From assembly GCA_964480125.1 (NCBI GenBank), contig CAYZNV010000001.1, forward strand, positions 3,736 to 67,735: a stretch of DNA of 64,000 bases, written 5' to 3'. Position numbers and translations under genes: made by a program. Below are positions 1-10,258 of the stretch, piece after piece. Every line of letters starts with the position of its first letter. Positions within the stretch are counted from its first letter, which is position 1. The notes beneath the pieces were generated by a model that saw only the letters and a program-made list of their open reading frames with translations, did not search any database and was not told where the DNA came from. Origin of the DNA: an uncultured archaeon (GTDB taxonomy: Archaea > Iainarchaeota > Iainarchaeia > Iainarchaeales > VGJJ01).

Positions 1-1453
1 ACAAGCGTATTGTCTCCGATCGAAACGTGAGTCAACTCTTCGTCGTTCTCGAATCCGTTAAAGGTCACGCTGAAGAAGTCTTCTCCCAACGCACCGGTTC
101 CGTCCAAGAAGCTGAAAGAGCTAGGACCGTCTTCTCCGGCTTCCGTCAAGGGATTCCACTTGGAATACAATGGCGTGTCGTCGTCAAAGACTGAAGCACC
201 CCAGGTGTCAACCAATTCGCCGGATGTGGACTCGTCTCCCACATCTTTCTGCTGATTGGCAATGACAATCGAGGTCAACTTGTTGGTGTCCGTGCTTTCG
301 ACCAACGTAACGTCGTAGGGCCCGTCCACATTATCTTCGTCCACCTGTTCGTTGTAAGGATAGTTTTCTCCATCCAACAAGCGCACAGAGGAGGTTCCGA
401 CCAAGAGATCAACGGTTCCTTCATTGGTTCCCGTGTTCAAGGATGCGGTGTCCACGTAAATGTCTCCCGAAACGACTTCGTCGCCTTCGGCGTCTTCAAA
501 GTCCACGAAGTTACCGGCTGAAACCGTCTGCGTGTCGATCAAGCTTCCGGAGGCATCGGTCAAGTTGAACTTTGCCTGGTAGCTGGAGGCAGCAGGTCCT
601 GTTGCAACAACCGAGACAACCGTAACGGTCAAAGTCTGACCGGTATACAATCCTTTTCCTTGCATGGTGAAGGTTTCACCGGCAACAAAGGTTTGCTTGG
701 CTTTGTCTTCGATCAAGCGGACTTCCGACACAGCGCGTGCGGAGGTGATGTCCACGGTCTGGACCAAATAGGTCTTTCCGAAGAAAGGAATGCGCACGTT
801 ATCGTCCGAACCATCTGAGAAGTCAGCGGTCGCGGCAGAGGTGCTTCCGATTGGAATTCCTGCTCCGAGGCTCAAGACATAGTTAACGTCCCCTGCGGAG
901 ATTTCGGCTGTCAAGTCGCGAACATCGTCGTCGGTGTTGAACTTGGCGTCCAAGCGTACTCCGATCGTTTCTTTGACGTCGATGGTTTCGCTGGATCCGT
1001 TAAACTTGTAAGAAACAGACTCGTCCTTCAAGAAAGCGAGTGGGTCCTGAGTAATAGACTGACCGTACTCATCCTGACCTGAAATCGAATTCAAGTTGGA
1101 GCTATCAAAGGTCTTTCCGCCGGAAACGGTAACGGTTCCGCCGATAGACAATTTAGCGGCCAAGTCGGTCACCGATGCGGTGCCCAAGCCGGATCCTGAT
1201 CCGGTTCCGTTCCAGGTTTTCTGGACAACGGCTTTCTCAACCACTTTACGGGCAATATTTCCTGCCCACACACCATCAGAGACGTGTGCGTTCTGTCCCA
1301 CCACAATGTTGGCGACAGGGCTCATGCTTGCGTCGTAGACTACGGACTTTACTTCGGTGCTGGTCAAGGCAGAAGCCATGGGGGCCACTGCGGCTCCGAA
1401 TAAAGCTGCTCCGGCTACAACGGCCGCGAGTTTGCGAATTTTCAAACCATTCA
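1..1453 (-). CDS. S-layer / major surface protein (N-terminal 484 aa; C-terminus lies beyond the window start)
   Basis: Reverse-strand ORF open to position 1. Not in the supplied track because it has no in-window stop. N-terminus MNGLKIRKLAAVVAGAALFGAAVAPMASA is a classic signal peptide. The remainder is T/S/G/D/V-rich with regular beta-strand-like periodicity and several N-x-T/S sequons. GGTGA sits 7 nt upstream of the ATG at 1453-1451. Confidence 0.6.
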
Positions 1454-1520
1454 TTTGTGTTTCACCTCACGATAACACACGAGCATAAACCAATACAACA
1501 CTAAAATCGACACTCGGTAT
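1454..1520 (-). promoter_or_regulatory. 5' region of the surface-protein gene: GGTGA ribosome-binding site and TTTATG TATA-like element
   Basis: Reverse complement reads ...GGTTTATGCTCGTGTGTTATCGTGAGGTGAAACACAAATG. Confidence 0.35.
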
Positions 1521-1708
1521 TGGTGTCTGGCTCTTGAACCAGAACATGCTTCAAGCCCTTTAAATATGTTTCGAGGATTGTCCGGCTCCTACATACCGAG
1601 TATATTAAGCCCCAGCCCAAAAGGGGGGAACAATCGCCGATGAATGGTTCGGCAATCGCCATAGAAATTATTCGCTGCTTGCCGTGCTATTGAACAAAAA
1701 AATGCGCT

Positions 1709-2458
1709 TTACCCATGGGTCGCATGGTCTTTTGAGTGGGTTTCCGCAGGGGGAGAAGCCTTGTTTTTTTGTATTTCCGCTTGGAGCGCAGCCGTATTCC
1801 CAAGCGACTGATAGAGGCGCTGATTGAATTCCTCGACTTGCTGGCGCGAGAGAATCCCCATAATATACTCAGCGTAGCCATGGACCATCTCACTCATGTC
1901 CACGAGCCCATTCTGGAAGTCATCCATGGTGAATTTGATTTCCTTGGGCTTGATGACCTCCACAGAAGTAGGACCATAGAAGAACATCAGTCGCACGAGG
2001 GCGCGGAAGTCGCGCACGGAAAGGTTTACCTCTAGGAATGTCGAATACCGCTCGCCCACTTTCTCAATGGGAGCAGACGAATGCGCGTAGATGCGGAAAT
2101 AAGGCTCTTTTTCCATCGTGGCAAGGACCTTTTCGAGTTGTTTTTTCAATAACTCTTCTTCCACGGCCTGGATCTCAATAATCACTTGGATGCGGAACGC
2201 ATTATCGTCTTCCTGCTCGATGGCTTTTCTACGACGCAACTCGGAAGCGATTTCCTCTTTCAATGAATATTCTTTCGTAGAGGGATTGTGCGTGATGAGT
2301 TTCAATTGTTGAAAGAATTGCACTTCCGTAAGCAATTCGGCTTTTGGAATGCTCGTGCGCTCGGCGAGCAACTCAATCGTCGCGGGAGCAGACAATAACG
2401 ACTGCGCGATCTTCTTTTGCAATTCCGTGAATTTCAGTGCCATACCCAAAAAAGGCAA
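1709..2458 (-). CDS. Hypothetical protein with N-terminal winged-helix-like region
   Basis: 249-aa ORF with dense coding periodicity. N-terminus LKFTELQKKIAQSLL...IELLAERTSIPKAELLTEVQ looks like a wHTH. No family recognised. Confidence 0.45.
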   Translation of the reverse strand: MPFLGMALKFTELQKKIAQSLLSAPATIELLAERTSIPKAELLTEVQFFQQLKLITHNPSTKEYSLKEEIASELRRRKAIEQEDDNAFRIQVIIEIQAVEEELLKKQLEKVLATMEKEPYFRIYAHSSAPIEKVGERYSTFLEVNLSVRDFRALVRLMFFYGPTSVEVIKPKEIKFTMDDFQNGLVDMSEMVHGYAEYIMGILSRQQVEEFNQRLYQSLGNTAALQAEIQKNKASPPAETHSKDHATHG

Positions 2459-2546
2459 AGAAAGGCTTAATTAGGGATACACCCACCCAAGAAAATCCAA
2501 AATAAAAGGGGCATTAAAATAGGACAAAAGACAGGCATATGGGCAT

Positions 2547-2885
2547 ATGACTCTGCTTTCCACTATCCTACTCCAACCCGCGAATGCCATTGCTGATACC
2601 GCTGCTGGCACTATCGGAGCCAGTGGCATCGTGCAGAATGCCATCTCAGGAAATATTTCCTGGTTGCTCGTGGGAATTGCATTCTTTGTGGTCGCGGCCA
2701 TGCTATTCTTTTATTTGAAAAATTTAGTTGTGAATACCATTTTGGGAATGATTGGGTGGGCCGTGCTCACGTATATCTTCCAATTGCAACTCCCATTCTG
2801 GGCGAGCCTCATCGTGTCGGCGATTTTTGGATTGGCAGGATTGGGAGTAATGGTTATTCTCGCATTCCTGGGAATTGTGCGCTAG
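2547..2885 (+). CDS. Small integral membrane protein (3 predicted TM helices)
   Basis: 112-aa ORF made of hydrophobic helices (LLVGIAFFVVAAMLFFYL, ILGMIGWAVLTYIF, SAIFGLAGLGVMVILAFLGIV). Confidence 0.4.
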   Translation: MTLLSTILLQPANAIADTAAGTIGASGIVQNAISGNISWLLVGIAFFVVAAMLFFYLKNLVVNTILGMIGWAVLTYIFQLQLPFWASLIVSAIFGLAGLGVMVILAFLGIVR

Positions 2886-3469
2886 GCCCGTTCGCTGAAT
2901 TGCTTCTGAAGTCGCTCTGCGCGACGCCGTACTTTCAATCCAGAGAAATATTTTGAGCGTAACCAAAATTGCCAGCGTGCACTGTGGGGGCCCATTGACT
3001 CATAGTCTACTAGCACCGGAATCCAATTTGTTGGAGAAACACGTTTCACTAAAATATTTTTTGAACTAAAATCATAGAATGGAATATGTGCACGGACAAG
3101 TTCGTCCACCATTCTCTGAAATGATTTCCAGAAATGGGCATTGGCGATTTTTCCGGTTGCTTCAATGGTGCGCGAAATGGAGCCGTTGAAGTCTTTCACA
3201 AGACGTATCTGATGCATCACGTGACCATCTTTTATTTTTCGACGCGAAATAGGCGCGATGTGTTGACGCAAAGATGCAGGTGCGTTTTGAAAGTAGCGCT
3301 GAAAATTTGCCCACTCTAACTCATTCGGGCTTTTCCCGTGCGCAGTTGGATTCATTTCCACTTTCAACGCGCGATTATGACCCACGAGAAGAACTGCGCG
3401 CCGCTTACCTCTTCCAAGGATTTGGCGTGAGCGAAGGTGGGCAGGAATTCCGTATTTCTCCGAGGGCAT
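2882..3469 (-). CDS. Small atypical protein-kinase-like protein (RIO/Bud32/Kdo-kinase-like fold)
   Basis: Glycine-rich loop ILGRGKRRAV followed by an ALKV lysine. Catalytic-loop-like YDFSSKNILV (D...N). VLVDYE resembles a DFG-equivalent. About 195 aa, similar in size to minimal kinases. Confidence 0.45.
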   Translation of the reverse strand: MPSEKYGIPAHLRSRQILGRGKRRAVLLVGHNRALKVEMNPTAHGKSPNELEWANFQRYFQNAPASLRQHIAPISRRKIKDGHVMHQIRLVKDFNGSISRTIEATGKIANAHFWKSFQRMVDELVRAHIPFYDFSSKNILVKRVSPTNWIPVLVDYESMGPHSARWQFWLRSKYFSGLKVRRRAERLQKQFSERA

Positions 3470-3510
3470 GGGATAGCAAGGCGTGAACGGGAATTTATTA
3501 CGTGCAGTAA

Positions 3511-4284
3511 TTATCGCACATAAGGCAAATCGCCTTTCTTTTCTTTGGCCTCTTCATTGTGCACCGTGTCCGCGAGCTTCTTGAATGCCGTTTCAATTTG
3601 CTTTGCTTCCGTGTCCATCTTTTCCATCTTAATCTTGAACTTGTATTTCTTGATGAGCAAATCAATGACTGCTTTCGAGGCGCCGGGATCCCCATACACG
3701 AGTTTTCCGGAAGTCTCTCCCATCAAGCACGCGCCGGGAATGCCTTGGGTCTTACCGATTCCCAATAGCATGCCCGCAACACCCCATACCATTCCTTCAG
3801 GCTGATCGGATTTCGCGCCGAGCTTCTTCCATTCCGCCAACGTCTTGTTGTCTGTAGCGGAAATGACCACTTGCGGCTGGTGCGTCATGCGCTGATCCGT
3901 GTGCAATCCTGCGAGCGTATAAATTTCTTGAATCTTCAATTCTTTGAATGCCGTAATCAGCGTGCGCGCAAAATCATACTGTGCATCCGTGCTCCCGCTT
4001 CCCTGATCCCAATTAGGTTGTACAGGCCCGGAAAGAATATAGAAATCCTTTCCCGCGTGCGTGAAGTGATGAATCTCGTCCTTGAACAAATCAATGAGGC
4101 CATTTTTCGTGAGGACTGCGGCGGGGAAGGCATCGCACGTGATCTCTGCAATCTTGGTGGGCTTCAATTCTTTCACCAAATAATCCACGACAATTTTTCC
4201 GACTAATCCAATTCCGGGCAAACCAACGAAGATAACTCCGGGTTTCTGTGAAGGTTTTTTGTGGATCCAGACTTGTGTGACCAT
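3511..4284 (-). CDS. PAC2-family (proteasome assembly chaperone-like) protein
   Basis: 257 aa. N-terminal VIFVGLPGIGLVGKIVVDYLVKEL and overall length match the archaeal PAC2 family. Call made from memory of that family. Confidence 0.45.
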   Translation of the reverse strand: MVTQVWIHKKPSQKPGVIFVGLPGIGLVGKIVVDYLVKELKPTKIAEITCDAFPAAVLTKNGLIDLFKDEIHHFTHAGKDFYILSGPVQPNWDQGSGSTDAQYDFARTLITAFKELKIQEIYTLAGLHTDQRMTHQPQVVISATDNKTLAEWKKLGAKSDQPEGMVWGVAGMLLGIGKTQGIPGACLMGETSGKLVYGDPGASKAVIDLLIKKYKFKIKMEKMDTEAKQIETAFKKLADTVHNEEAKEKKGDLPYVR

Positions 4285-4346
4285 GGGGAGTTCCTCGCGA
4301 TAATGAATGGAATAATGAATGAATCTCTAGTCGCTCGTTTATGAAG

Positions 4347-5252
4347 TTATTCCTCGACGCGCGCCAGGGAGTAAGTCCCCTGCGTGCCCAAGAGCTTCTT
4401 CATCTTCTCTTGCATCTCACTCAGTGCGCGCTCGGCGATCTTGAAATCAAACGAAGCAACTTTCAATTTGTATTTCCCCGCGCCCAAGTAGGAAATGGTA
4501 ATGACTGCATTCTTGGCAGACTTGGGAGACTCCAATAAGGCCTGCTTGATGATGTCCACGCCATTCGGAGCAGTAGAAGTAAGCGTGATCGTTCCGCGGA
4601 TGGCTTTCTCTTGCACCTTCACATTCTTCTGCACCACGTCCACGATAATGGGAATCCAACTCGGATTCAATCCCTCGATGTCATTCAGTGCAGCCTTTCC
4701 CTCAATGGAAATGGCCTCGAAAGCGCTTGAAACGGTTTCATATGCATTCGCCAGGGGATCGGCAATCTCCTTCCACCCTTGCTCCATCGTCTTCTCTTGC
4801 GTCTTGGCCATTTGTTCGATGAGCTTTTGGTTACGCTTCAATTGCTTATACTCTTCAATGCGCAAGCGCTGTTGTCTTTCTCCTACTTTTGTAAGAGAAA
4901 GATCAATCTGCAATTTTTCAAAATCAATTTTCTGCACCACTGCCGCGCGCATCTGGCCTTCTTTCACGTAATTGCGAATATTTTTGATCCACGAAGAAGC
5001 GACTTGGGAGATGTGCACGAACCCGGTTGCTCCAGAGTATTCGAGCAAGGAGCAAAAGACACCATAATCCAATACCTTGTCGACATTGACCACGACAATC
5101 TCCCCCACTTGGGGCCACTGCTTCACATTCTTGTTGCGAGAGTTAGCGGCAGGAGAAGGGTTTGCACCCGGAGCAGAACCCCCTGGACGAGGAGAAAAAT
5201 CTCTACGCGGTCCATGGAAAGCAGGACGCGGACGGGGATTTTCAAACGGCAT
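4347..5252 (-). CDS. eif2a: Translation initiation factor 2 alpha subunit (aIF2-alpha). The ATG-defined ORF is given; a GTG start at 5119 is more likely
   Basis: S1 domain VGEIVVVNVDKVLDYGVFCSLLEYSGATGFVHISQVASSWIKNIRNYVKEG matches aIF2-alpha. A 40-aa R/P-rich N-terminal extension with no internal Met is probably not translated. Confidence 0.8.
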   Translation of the reverse strand: MPFENPRPRPAFHGPRRDFSPRPGGSAPGANPSPAANSRNKNVKQWPQVGEIVVVNVDKVLDYGVFCSLLEYSGATGFVHISQVASSWIKNIRNYVKEGQMRAAVVQKIDFEKLQIDLSLTKVGERQQRLRIEEYKQLKRNQKLIEQMAKTQEKTMEQGWKEIADPLANAYETVSSAFEAISIEGKAALNDIEGLNPSWIPIIVDVVQKNVKVQEKAIRGTITLTSTAPNGVDIIKQALLESPKSAKNAVITISYLGAGKYKLKVASFDFKIAERALSEMQEKMKKLLGTQGTYSLARVEE

Positions 5253-5357
5253 ACAAGAGGAAAGACGGCTAAATCCTTATAAATGAAGGGCGGAACCCAG
5301 AAGGAAGGAAAGCCCCGCTTGCAGAGATTGTATGCGCGCTACTCTCAGAAAGGCACT

Positions 5358-6155
5358 TTAGCTATTCGCCTCACCGAGTTTGCGAGAAATAAATAATTGT
5401 GCGATCTTTTGGGGCAGCTCCACGACTTGTTCGGGCTTGTAGGGGCCATACTCCTTCATGTCCGTCCCCACAAACGAAGGAATCTCTGAAAGGATACGGA
5501 TGCGCTGCACCACGGCCTGCGCCGGAGCCGCGAGCGGAGTCGAAGTGGGGGAGCCACTCTCTGTGTGCGCAGAAGAAGAAATTGATTCCCCTCCTGCGGC
5601 AGCAACAGCCACGCGCGCACGCGGCATTTCTTCTTGCTTGTACGTCTCGCGCACGCGATCAATATTTTTTTGCGCATCGCTGTGCTCGCTCAAGAGACTC
5701 GCGTCCTGGCGCAACTCCTCTTTCTTCTCCACATGAATTTTTGGGGGAATGGAAATGGTTTTGCTCGAGGAAAAATCCCCATTCGCATCCAAGGCCTTCT
5801 GCGTGAGCGTGCGATGCGCAGAGAGAGAATTGAAAAGCAAGTGGAATAATTCCTTTTCCTCTTTAGCCATGTGCGCATCATCGGCTTCTTGCAAGCGCGT
5901 GGAAACCAGCACGGCATTGAGGAGTTTCTTTTCACGAATCGAAAAAAGTTCTTCCACGAGTTTTTTTAGATTAGAAAAGTCCCGCGCCTTGTTGGTGTTT
6001 AGATCTGCGAGAGAATCCAAGTAGTTTTTCCTCTCGACATCGATGAGATTATTCACTTGATAGAGAAAGTCGTCCGGCACGTCCACGAGACGCGAAGTCG
6101 CTTTCTCTAATCGGTAAATGCGGCGCATTTCCTCGTAATCGAATCCCATACCCAA
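5358..6155 (-). CDS. GINS subunit Gins51 (Gins15-type) with a low-complexity linker insertion
   Basis: Helical N-terminal A-domain. C-terminal B-domain VQRIRILSEIPSFVGTDMKEYGPYKPEQVVELPQKIAQLFISRKLGE matches the archaeal Gins51 B-domain signature (YGPF...LP...A..L). Immediately downstream of priS, as in many archaea. An A/S/P-rich spacer lies between the two domains. Confidence 0.65.
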   Translation of the reverse strand: MGMGFDYEEMRRIYRLEKATSRLVDVPDDFLYQVNNLIDVERKNYLDSLADLNTNKARDFSNLKKLVEELFSIREKKLLNAVLVSTRLQEADDAHMAKEEKELFHLLFNSLSAHRTLTQKALDANGDFSSSKTISIPPKIHVEKKEELRQDASLLSEHSDAQKNIDRVRETYKQEEMPRARVAVAAAGGESISSSAHTESGSPTSTPLAAPAQAVVQRIRILSEIPSFVGTDMKEYGPYKPEQVVELPQKIAQLFISRKLGEANS

Positions 6156-6211
6156 CCACTCATTATGTTGATTCCGAACCTATTTATTGCTAGGGGTTCC
6201 ATTCCCAAAGC

Positions 6212-7447
6212 TCAACGGATTTCCGCTGCCCCCCATCCTACAAGGAAAACAGCCACGGGAGCAGAGGCCACTAATTCTTTTTCCTGCATTGGTTCTAAGA
6301 TCTCACTCCCTATCCTAATACGCGGCGCCTGATGCACAAAAATCTTCCGTTCTTTTTCTCCCGAAAAAGCAATGGCATCCGAGAAGGGATCGAATTGCTC
6401 CCATGTCTCCAACGAAAGCGATTTGGCAACAAAACCAGTCGAACCATGAACCGTATCGGGAACGCGGAGCAGCTTGTAGATGTCCCCCGACGTAGAACGA
6501 TCGATCGGCAAGCGCAACCGTTCCGCAATAGAAGAAAGAATACCATTCCAGAACAGCTCTGTTTTCGTGCTTTTTCCAGGAACAGCAGGAAGCGTGCCGT
6601 GCTGCAGCTCATTGTACATGCGCTGCCGGTTCTCCAAGAATGACTTGAGCGCGCGCATGGGCATTCCCGTGAGAATGAACCATTCCTCTTCCGTCCCCAC
6701 TTCCACGAGGCGAAGGATTTCTTGCATCACTCGCTGCGCATTCCCCTTTGCTTGAGCAAAATGAGGACAACGGAATTGTTTTCCATCAAAAACAAATCCA
6801 AGCGAAGGCCAATCCAGTTCATGCAACGAAAGATAATCCATCAACTCGATGCGCGCATGCTTCTGCAATGAAAAAATTTCTTTTTGGCGAACGTGGACGT
6901 GAAAGCCCTTGCTGCCGGAAAAATTCACATGCAAACCATTCAACTGAAAATCATCCTGGAGAATCTTAATGAGTTGTTTTGTTTTTTCTTTTGTGGCATG
7001 CAAGCAAACATCACACGTCCACTCGTCCAAGTCCACTCCCTTTCCGCATGAGGTGCATTTGAGCAAGTGCCCTTTTCCTTGCGCACCGCAATGCGTGCAC
7101 TTCCACGAGTCATGGGTCTGCTTGCAATCGGTCTGCAGATCGTCCGCATCAAACTCATAAATCAAATCACTCCCTAACCATTGTTTTTTCTCCATGGGTT
7201 GCGCGGAAGGAAACGCATACTCCGAGATGCTCCCCGAAAAATACAATGGAAGGTTGTTGCGCAGGTATTGATTCATTTCCTGCACGCTCTCAAAGCCCAC
7301 GTGACGTGAATCTATTTTCTTGATGTTACCAAAACCAAATTCTCTCTTGGAGACATCATAAGGAGGAACGACGAGGTGCGCGGCATAATACTTGCGCAAT
7401 AGCCCCTTCAACCATAATGATTCATTTTGCCCAATGCCCATCCGCAT
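6212..7447 (-). CDS. priS: DNA primase small (catalytic) subunit PriS
   Basis: LIYEFDADD catalytic acidic motif. Zinc knuckle CKQTHDSWKCTHCG...CTSCGKG...CDVCLH. Conserved REFGF and YFSGS. Start taken at MRMGIG; the track ORF extends 15 codons further. Confidence 0.8.
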   Translation of the reverse strand: MRMGIGQNESLWLKGLLRKYYAAHLVVPPYDVSKREFGFGNIKKIDSRHVGFESVQEMNQYLRNNLPLYFSGSISEYAFPSAQPMEKKQWLGSDLIYEFDADDLQTDCKQTHDSWKCTHCGAQGKGHLLKCTSCGKGVDLDEWTCDVCLHATKEKTKQLIKILQDDFQLNGLHVNFSGSKGFHVHVRQKEIFSLQKHARIELMDYLSLHELDWPSLGFVFDGKQFRCPHFAQAKGNAQRVMQEILRLVEVGTEEEWFILTGMPMRALKSFLENRQRMYNELQHGTLPAVPGKSTKTELFWNGILSSIAERLRLPIDRSTSGDIYKLLRVPDTVHGSTGFVAKSLSLETWEQFDPFSDAIAFSGEKERKIFVHQAPRIRIGSEILEPMQEKELVASAPVAVFLVGWGAAEIR

Positions 7448-7578
7448 CCCCTTCCAATCCCAGTGCCCACATTTCGTGTAATGATTATGCATTACCCTCC
7501 CCGCGGCATTATAACCATACTTTTTCTTTCGCCAAGAATTGCCATGCTTTTAAAGCCAGGAATCTTTCTCCCCCTGTT

Positions 7579-10254
7579 ATGCCCGAGTTCTATCAGCAGC
7601 CCATCGACGAGGTGCTGCGCGGATTGAAAACCAGCACGAATGGGCTCAGCACCACCGAGGCCCAACGCCGACTCGGCATCTATGGCAAGAACAAAATCGC
7701 CGTGGAAAAAAAAATCAACGTCATAGGAATGCTCATCGGACAATTCACCGAGCTCCTGGTCCTCATACTCATCATCGCGGGAATACTCTCTGCGCTGTTC
7801 GGGGACATTACTGACACCATTGCTATTTTCGCCATTGTCATACTGAATGGAGTGCTAGGATTCCTGCAAGAATACAAAGCCGAAAAAGCCATCGAGGCAC
7901 TCAAAAAAATGGGCGCGCTAAAGGCGACGGTGCGACGCGATGGAAAATTGGTTGAAGTCGAAGCTGAGGACGTGGTGCCAGGAGACGTAGTGGTATTAGA
8001 AGAAGGAACCAAACTCCCCGCCGACGTGCGCTTTCTCGAAGTCGTGGATGCGGAAGTGGACGAAGCCATTCTGACGGGAGAATCCCACTCCGTGTCGAAG
8101 AACTTGGACGTGCTGACGGGAATGAAAGCCGTCGCGGACCGCAAGAACATGGGATTCGCCAACACCTCGATTGTGCGCGGGCGCGGCGTCGGAGTAGTCG
8201 TGGGGACGGGAATGCAGACCGAGTTCGGAAAAATCGCCAAGTCATTGGAAGAAATCCAAGATGAAGAATCTCCATTGAAGAAACAACTCGAAGTACTGGC
8301 GCGACAGCTCACCATTGGAGTGGTGGGAATCATTGCACTTCTTTTCATCATCGGATTCGTCATCGAACAACGACCGTTTGTGGAGATGTTCCTGCTCGCA
8401 ATCTCGCTAGGAGTCGCCGCCATCCCCGAAGGACTGCCGGCGATTACGACGATTACGCTTGCGCTCGGAATCCAACAAATGGCCAAAAAAAATGCCCTCG
8501 TGAAACACCTTCCATCGGTGGAGACGCTGGGAAGCACCACTGTCATTTGCTCCGACAAAACCGGAACGCTCACCAAGAACGAAATGACCGTTGAATACGT
8601 GTACGCGGACGAACGCCTCGTGCAAGTGACAGGAGTAGGATATTCTGCGCAAGGACAATTACAATGGAATAATCAACCCATTGCGTTGGACGAGGACACT
8701 ACTGAAGGAATGCAACGCACCATCGAGAATGGAATGTACTGCAACAACGCGGAATACAATCCCAAAACCGAAAGCATGATTGGGGACCCCACCGAAGGAT
8801 GTATGCTCGTGCTCGCACACAAAGCACGCGTGCAATCTCTTTCCAAGCGCGTGCGCGAAATACCATTTTCCTCCGAGAGAAAGCGCATGAGCGTGGTCGT
8901 GCAGCTATCCGAGAGAAATTATCGCGTGTACAGCAAAGGAGCCATTGAAAAAATAATGGAATCATGCACCTATGCATTAGAGCATGGGAAACGAATCCCA
9001 TTGACGCAAGTCAAGAAAAACCAATTCCTGCAGCAGGCCGAGACATTATCAAAAGCCGCTTATCGCGTGTTGGCATTCGCATACAAGGATGCCAGTAGCG
9101 CAGAAGGAGAAATGGAAAACAACCTCATCTTGACAGGACTCATGGCGCTACGCGATCCCCCACGCGAAGAAGTCAAGCAAGCCATTGCATTATGCCTGCA
9201 GGCAGGGATTACCGTAAAGATGGTCACGGGAGATAACCCCATTACTGCGCAAGCGATTGCCCAAAAGCTAGGAATGAATGGAAAGGTCATCACGGGAATG
9301 GAACTCAATTCCCTCTCTGAACAAGAATTCCAGCAAGCCGCGACAACTTATTCGGTCTTCGCGCGCGTGGACCCCGAACACAAATACAAAATCGTTCAAG
9401 CGCTGCAAAAAAAAGGTGAGATTGTCGCCGTCACAGGGGACGGAGTCAACGATGCCCCTGCTCTGAAGAAAGCCGACATCGGAATTGCCATGGGAATCAA
9501 GGGAACGGACGTCGCAAAAGAAGCATCCGATGTCGTGCTGAAAGATGATAACTTTGCCACGCTCGTGAATGCAGTCGAGCAGGGAAGAACCATCTATCAA
9601 AATCTCCAAGGGTTCGTGCGCTATTTGTTGGCAGCGAATCTGGGGGAGGTCATGATTGTTTCATTAGGATTCTTCTTGAAATCAGGAGAAATCCTTTCCC
9701 CCATCCAGTTGCTGTGGATCAACCTCGTCACGGATGCACTTCCCGCGCTCGCGCTAGGAGAAGACCCCCCATCCAAGGATGTGATGCAACGCAAGCCCCG
9801 TGATCCACGCGCAGGAATACTCAACCAAATGCCCTCATTCATCATCCTCGCAGGAATCGCGAGCACCATTGTGACGTTCGCGGCATATTTCTATGGACTG
9901 CAGACGAGCCAAGTGTATGCACAAACCATGGCATTCACCGCGCTCGTGGTATTCGAGCTCATGCTCGTGTTCAATTCACGCCAACAAGGAAAGAGCTGGC
10001 TGCAAGTATCTCCATTCAACAATATCTGGCTCGTCATCGCCGTCATCGTTTCTTTTTCCGTTCAGCTATTAGCGTTATACACCCCCTTGCTGCAGGGCAT
10101 CCTACAAACCGTCCCATTGAATGCAGAGGACTGGCTCGTCATCGCGGGAATGAGCTTCATCGCCGCCACGCTCATCCCCTACTTGAATGCCGTGTGGCTG
10201 CGATTCCATCACAACGAAAAACTCGACGCCACGCAGGGCATTCCACTCATGTGA
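7579..10254 (+). CDS. P-type ATPase, type II (SERCA-like cation-transporting, probably Ca2+)
   Basis: CSDKTGTLT phosphorylation motif, PEGLPA, TGDN and GDGVNDAPAL motifs, 10-TM topology. Start set at MPEFYQQ (7579); the track ORF has a 54-codon upstream extension overlapping priS. Confidence 0.9.
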   Translation: MPEFYQQPIDEVLRGLKTSTNGLSTTEAQRRLGIYGKNKIAVEKKINVIGMLIGQFTELLVLILIIAGILSALFGDITDTIAIFAIVILNGVLGFLQEYKAEKAIEALKKMGALKATVRRDGKLVEVEAEDVVPGDVVVLEEGTKLPADVRFLEVVDAEVDEAILTGESHSVSKNLDVLTGMKAVADRKNMGFANTSIVRGRGVGVVVGTGMQTEFGKIAKSLEEIQDEESPLKKQLEVLARQLTIGVVGIIALLFIIGFVIEQRPFVEMFLLAISLGVAAIPEGLPAITTITLALGIQQMAKKNALVKHLPSVETLGSTTVICSDKTGTLTKNEMTVEYVYADERLVQVTGVGYSAQGQLQWNNQPIALDEDTTEGMQRTIENGMYCNNAEYNPKTESMIGDPTEGCMLVLAHKARVQSLSKRVREIPFSSERKRMSVVVQLSERNYRVYSKGAIEKIMESCTYALEHGKRIPLTQVKKNQFLQQAETLSKAAYRVLAFAYKDASSAEGEMENNLILTGLMALRDPPREEVKQAIALCLQAGITVKMVTGDNPITAQAIAQKLGMNGKVITGMELNSLSEQEFQQAATTYSVFARVDPEHKYKIVQALQKKGEIVAVTGDGVNDAPALKKADIGIAMGIKGTDVAKEASDVVLKDDNFATLVNAVEQGRTIYQNLQGFVRYLLAANLGEVMIVSLGFFLKSGEILSPIQLLWINLVTDALPALALGEDPPSKDVMQRKPRDPRAGILNQMPSFIILAGIASTIVTFAAYFYGLQTSQVYAQTMAFTALVVFELMLVFNSRQQGKSWLQVSPFNNIWLVIAVIVSFSVQLLALYTPLLQGILQTVPLNAEDWLVIAGMSFIAATLIPYLNAVWLRFHHNEKLDATQGIPLM

Positions 10255-10258
10255 ATGA

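Noticed and set aside
7680-8576. 298-aa antisense ORF inside the P-type ATPase gene (also 7901-8275 and 9268-9609)
   Set aside because: Low-complexity S/T/P-rich translation of the opposite strand of a well-supported gene. Typical shadow ORF.
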